From Takakia lepidozioides (lineage: Eukaryota; Plantae; Bryophyta): a stretch of 64,000 bases of DNA. Below, piece after piece: positions 63,201 through 64,000 of the stretch. Made by a program: the position numbers and the translations under genes. Location of the stretch: positions 67,332,001 through 67,396,000 of the forward strand of contig CM060733.1 in the NCBI GenBank assembly GCA_030704615.1, in the 5' to 3' direction. Positions within the stretch are counted from its first letter, which is position 1; the number at the start of each line of letters is the position of its first letter. Below the pieces are notes generated by a model. It was not told the DNA's origin and did not search any database. It saw only the letters and a list, made by a program, of their open reading frames with translations.

Positions 63201-64000
63201 ACTACAGCCACACCACAGCCTGAGGTATGGGGGGATGCTGCTTTTAACCCACCTAGGACTCCTGCTGCACGGGAGTACAGTCGGGCTATGATTATGCTCT
63301 TCAACCAAATTCCCATTGTGTTGGATTTGGCTTGGAAAGAATTTAGTCCTCCGCAATCGTTGGCACATTACTACCAAATCATGCGCATATGATTGCCGGT
63401 GGCAACTCGGACTAAGGTTCTTCCGAACAATCGACCCATTGAGGATCATCACTTTGCCAGGTACTGGTCTGAGGCAGGTACCATGCTGAGTGAATTAATT
63501 GCCTTCCAGGTTGTACATGGGTACATCTATACCAAGACCAAGGAGCTATCTAGTATTGTCATGGGCTGTGGATTATACTATGCTGCTTGTTTTCTAGCAC
63601 GTTATCACAGATGCAATCCCGATTTCTGAGTTATTCCAGTGGGGATCATTGGGTCTTACCTTCAGTGCCACCTCATATGTACCTATATGATGCAAAAGTT
63701 ATGATGCAGAAGGATTCCCAACTTCGTTCATGGTTTCATTCGGCTTGGAACAATTTGACAACATAGAAATTCGGCCCTGAGGATATTTTCTTTAAATGAC
63801 ATGAAGCTTGGAAATACTTACACTGTTCCAAAGTCATTGGCACACCTCTTACCTATACGGATAAGGAGTTCAGGACGTCACTAATTTTGCTTGCAAAGGC
63901 TTACAACAAGTTGTACAGTTTAAACTTCCAGACATGGTGGGACCACATTGTATGCCACACAGGATTCCACTAAAGTTTGGCCGTTAAAACACCTAAGGGG
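57286..64000 (+). mobile_element. Second, partial copy of the same Ty3/gypsy family (RT to 3' extra region)
   Basis: Collinear with about 30317-36965, with many substitutions. The 856-aa ORF at 57715-60285 covers RNase H, integrase and the extension. Confidence 0.96.

Overview
Eukaryotic nuclear DNA, probably from a non-seed land plant (inference from the genes and transposon types), with one 500-N gap at 56786-57285. There are two intact host genes, arranged tail to tail: a 14-exon TTC38-like TPR gene (+, 8819/8861-15223) and an intronless EIN3/EIL transcription factor (-, 17697-19631). The rest is mostly nested mobile DNA: a transposase-like remnant with palindromic-core arrays (1.4-7 kb), a TTAA-flanked piggyBac-like MITE, a LINE split by a full-length 13.1-kb Ty3/gypsy element (GACCA TSD), a tRNA-derived SINE, and a second partial copy of the same gypsy family. 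The most interesting region is 43.3-56.8 kb. A minus-strand gene with 7 GT-AG introns splices into a ParB/Srx-like domain (WDGNHR) fused to a bacterial beta-type DNA amino-methyltransferase (DIPD ... ILDLTCGTSAS ... RHVFAFEPD). Its fourth intron holds a nine-copy double-hairpin array, and it converges on a zinc-finger/Ulp1-protease-like gene. Together these suggest a transposon-borne DNA-modification module. All domain calls are by-eye motif recognition; no database search was run.
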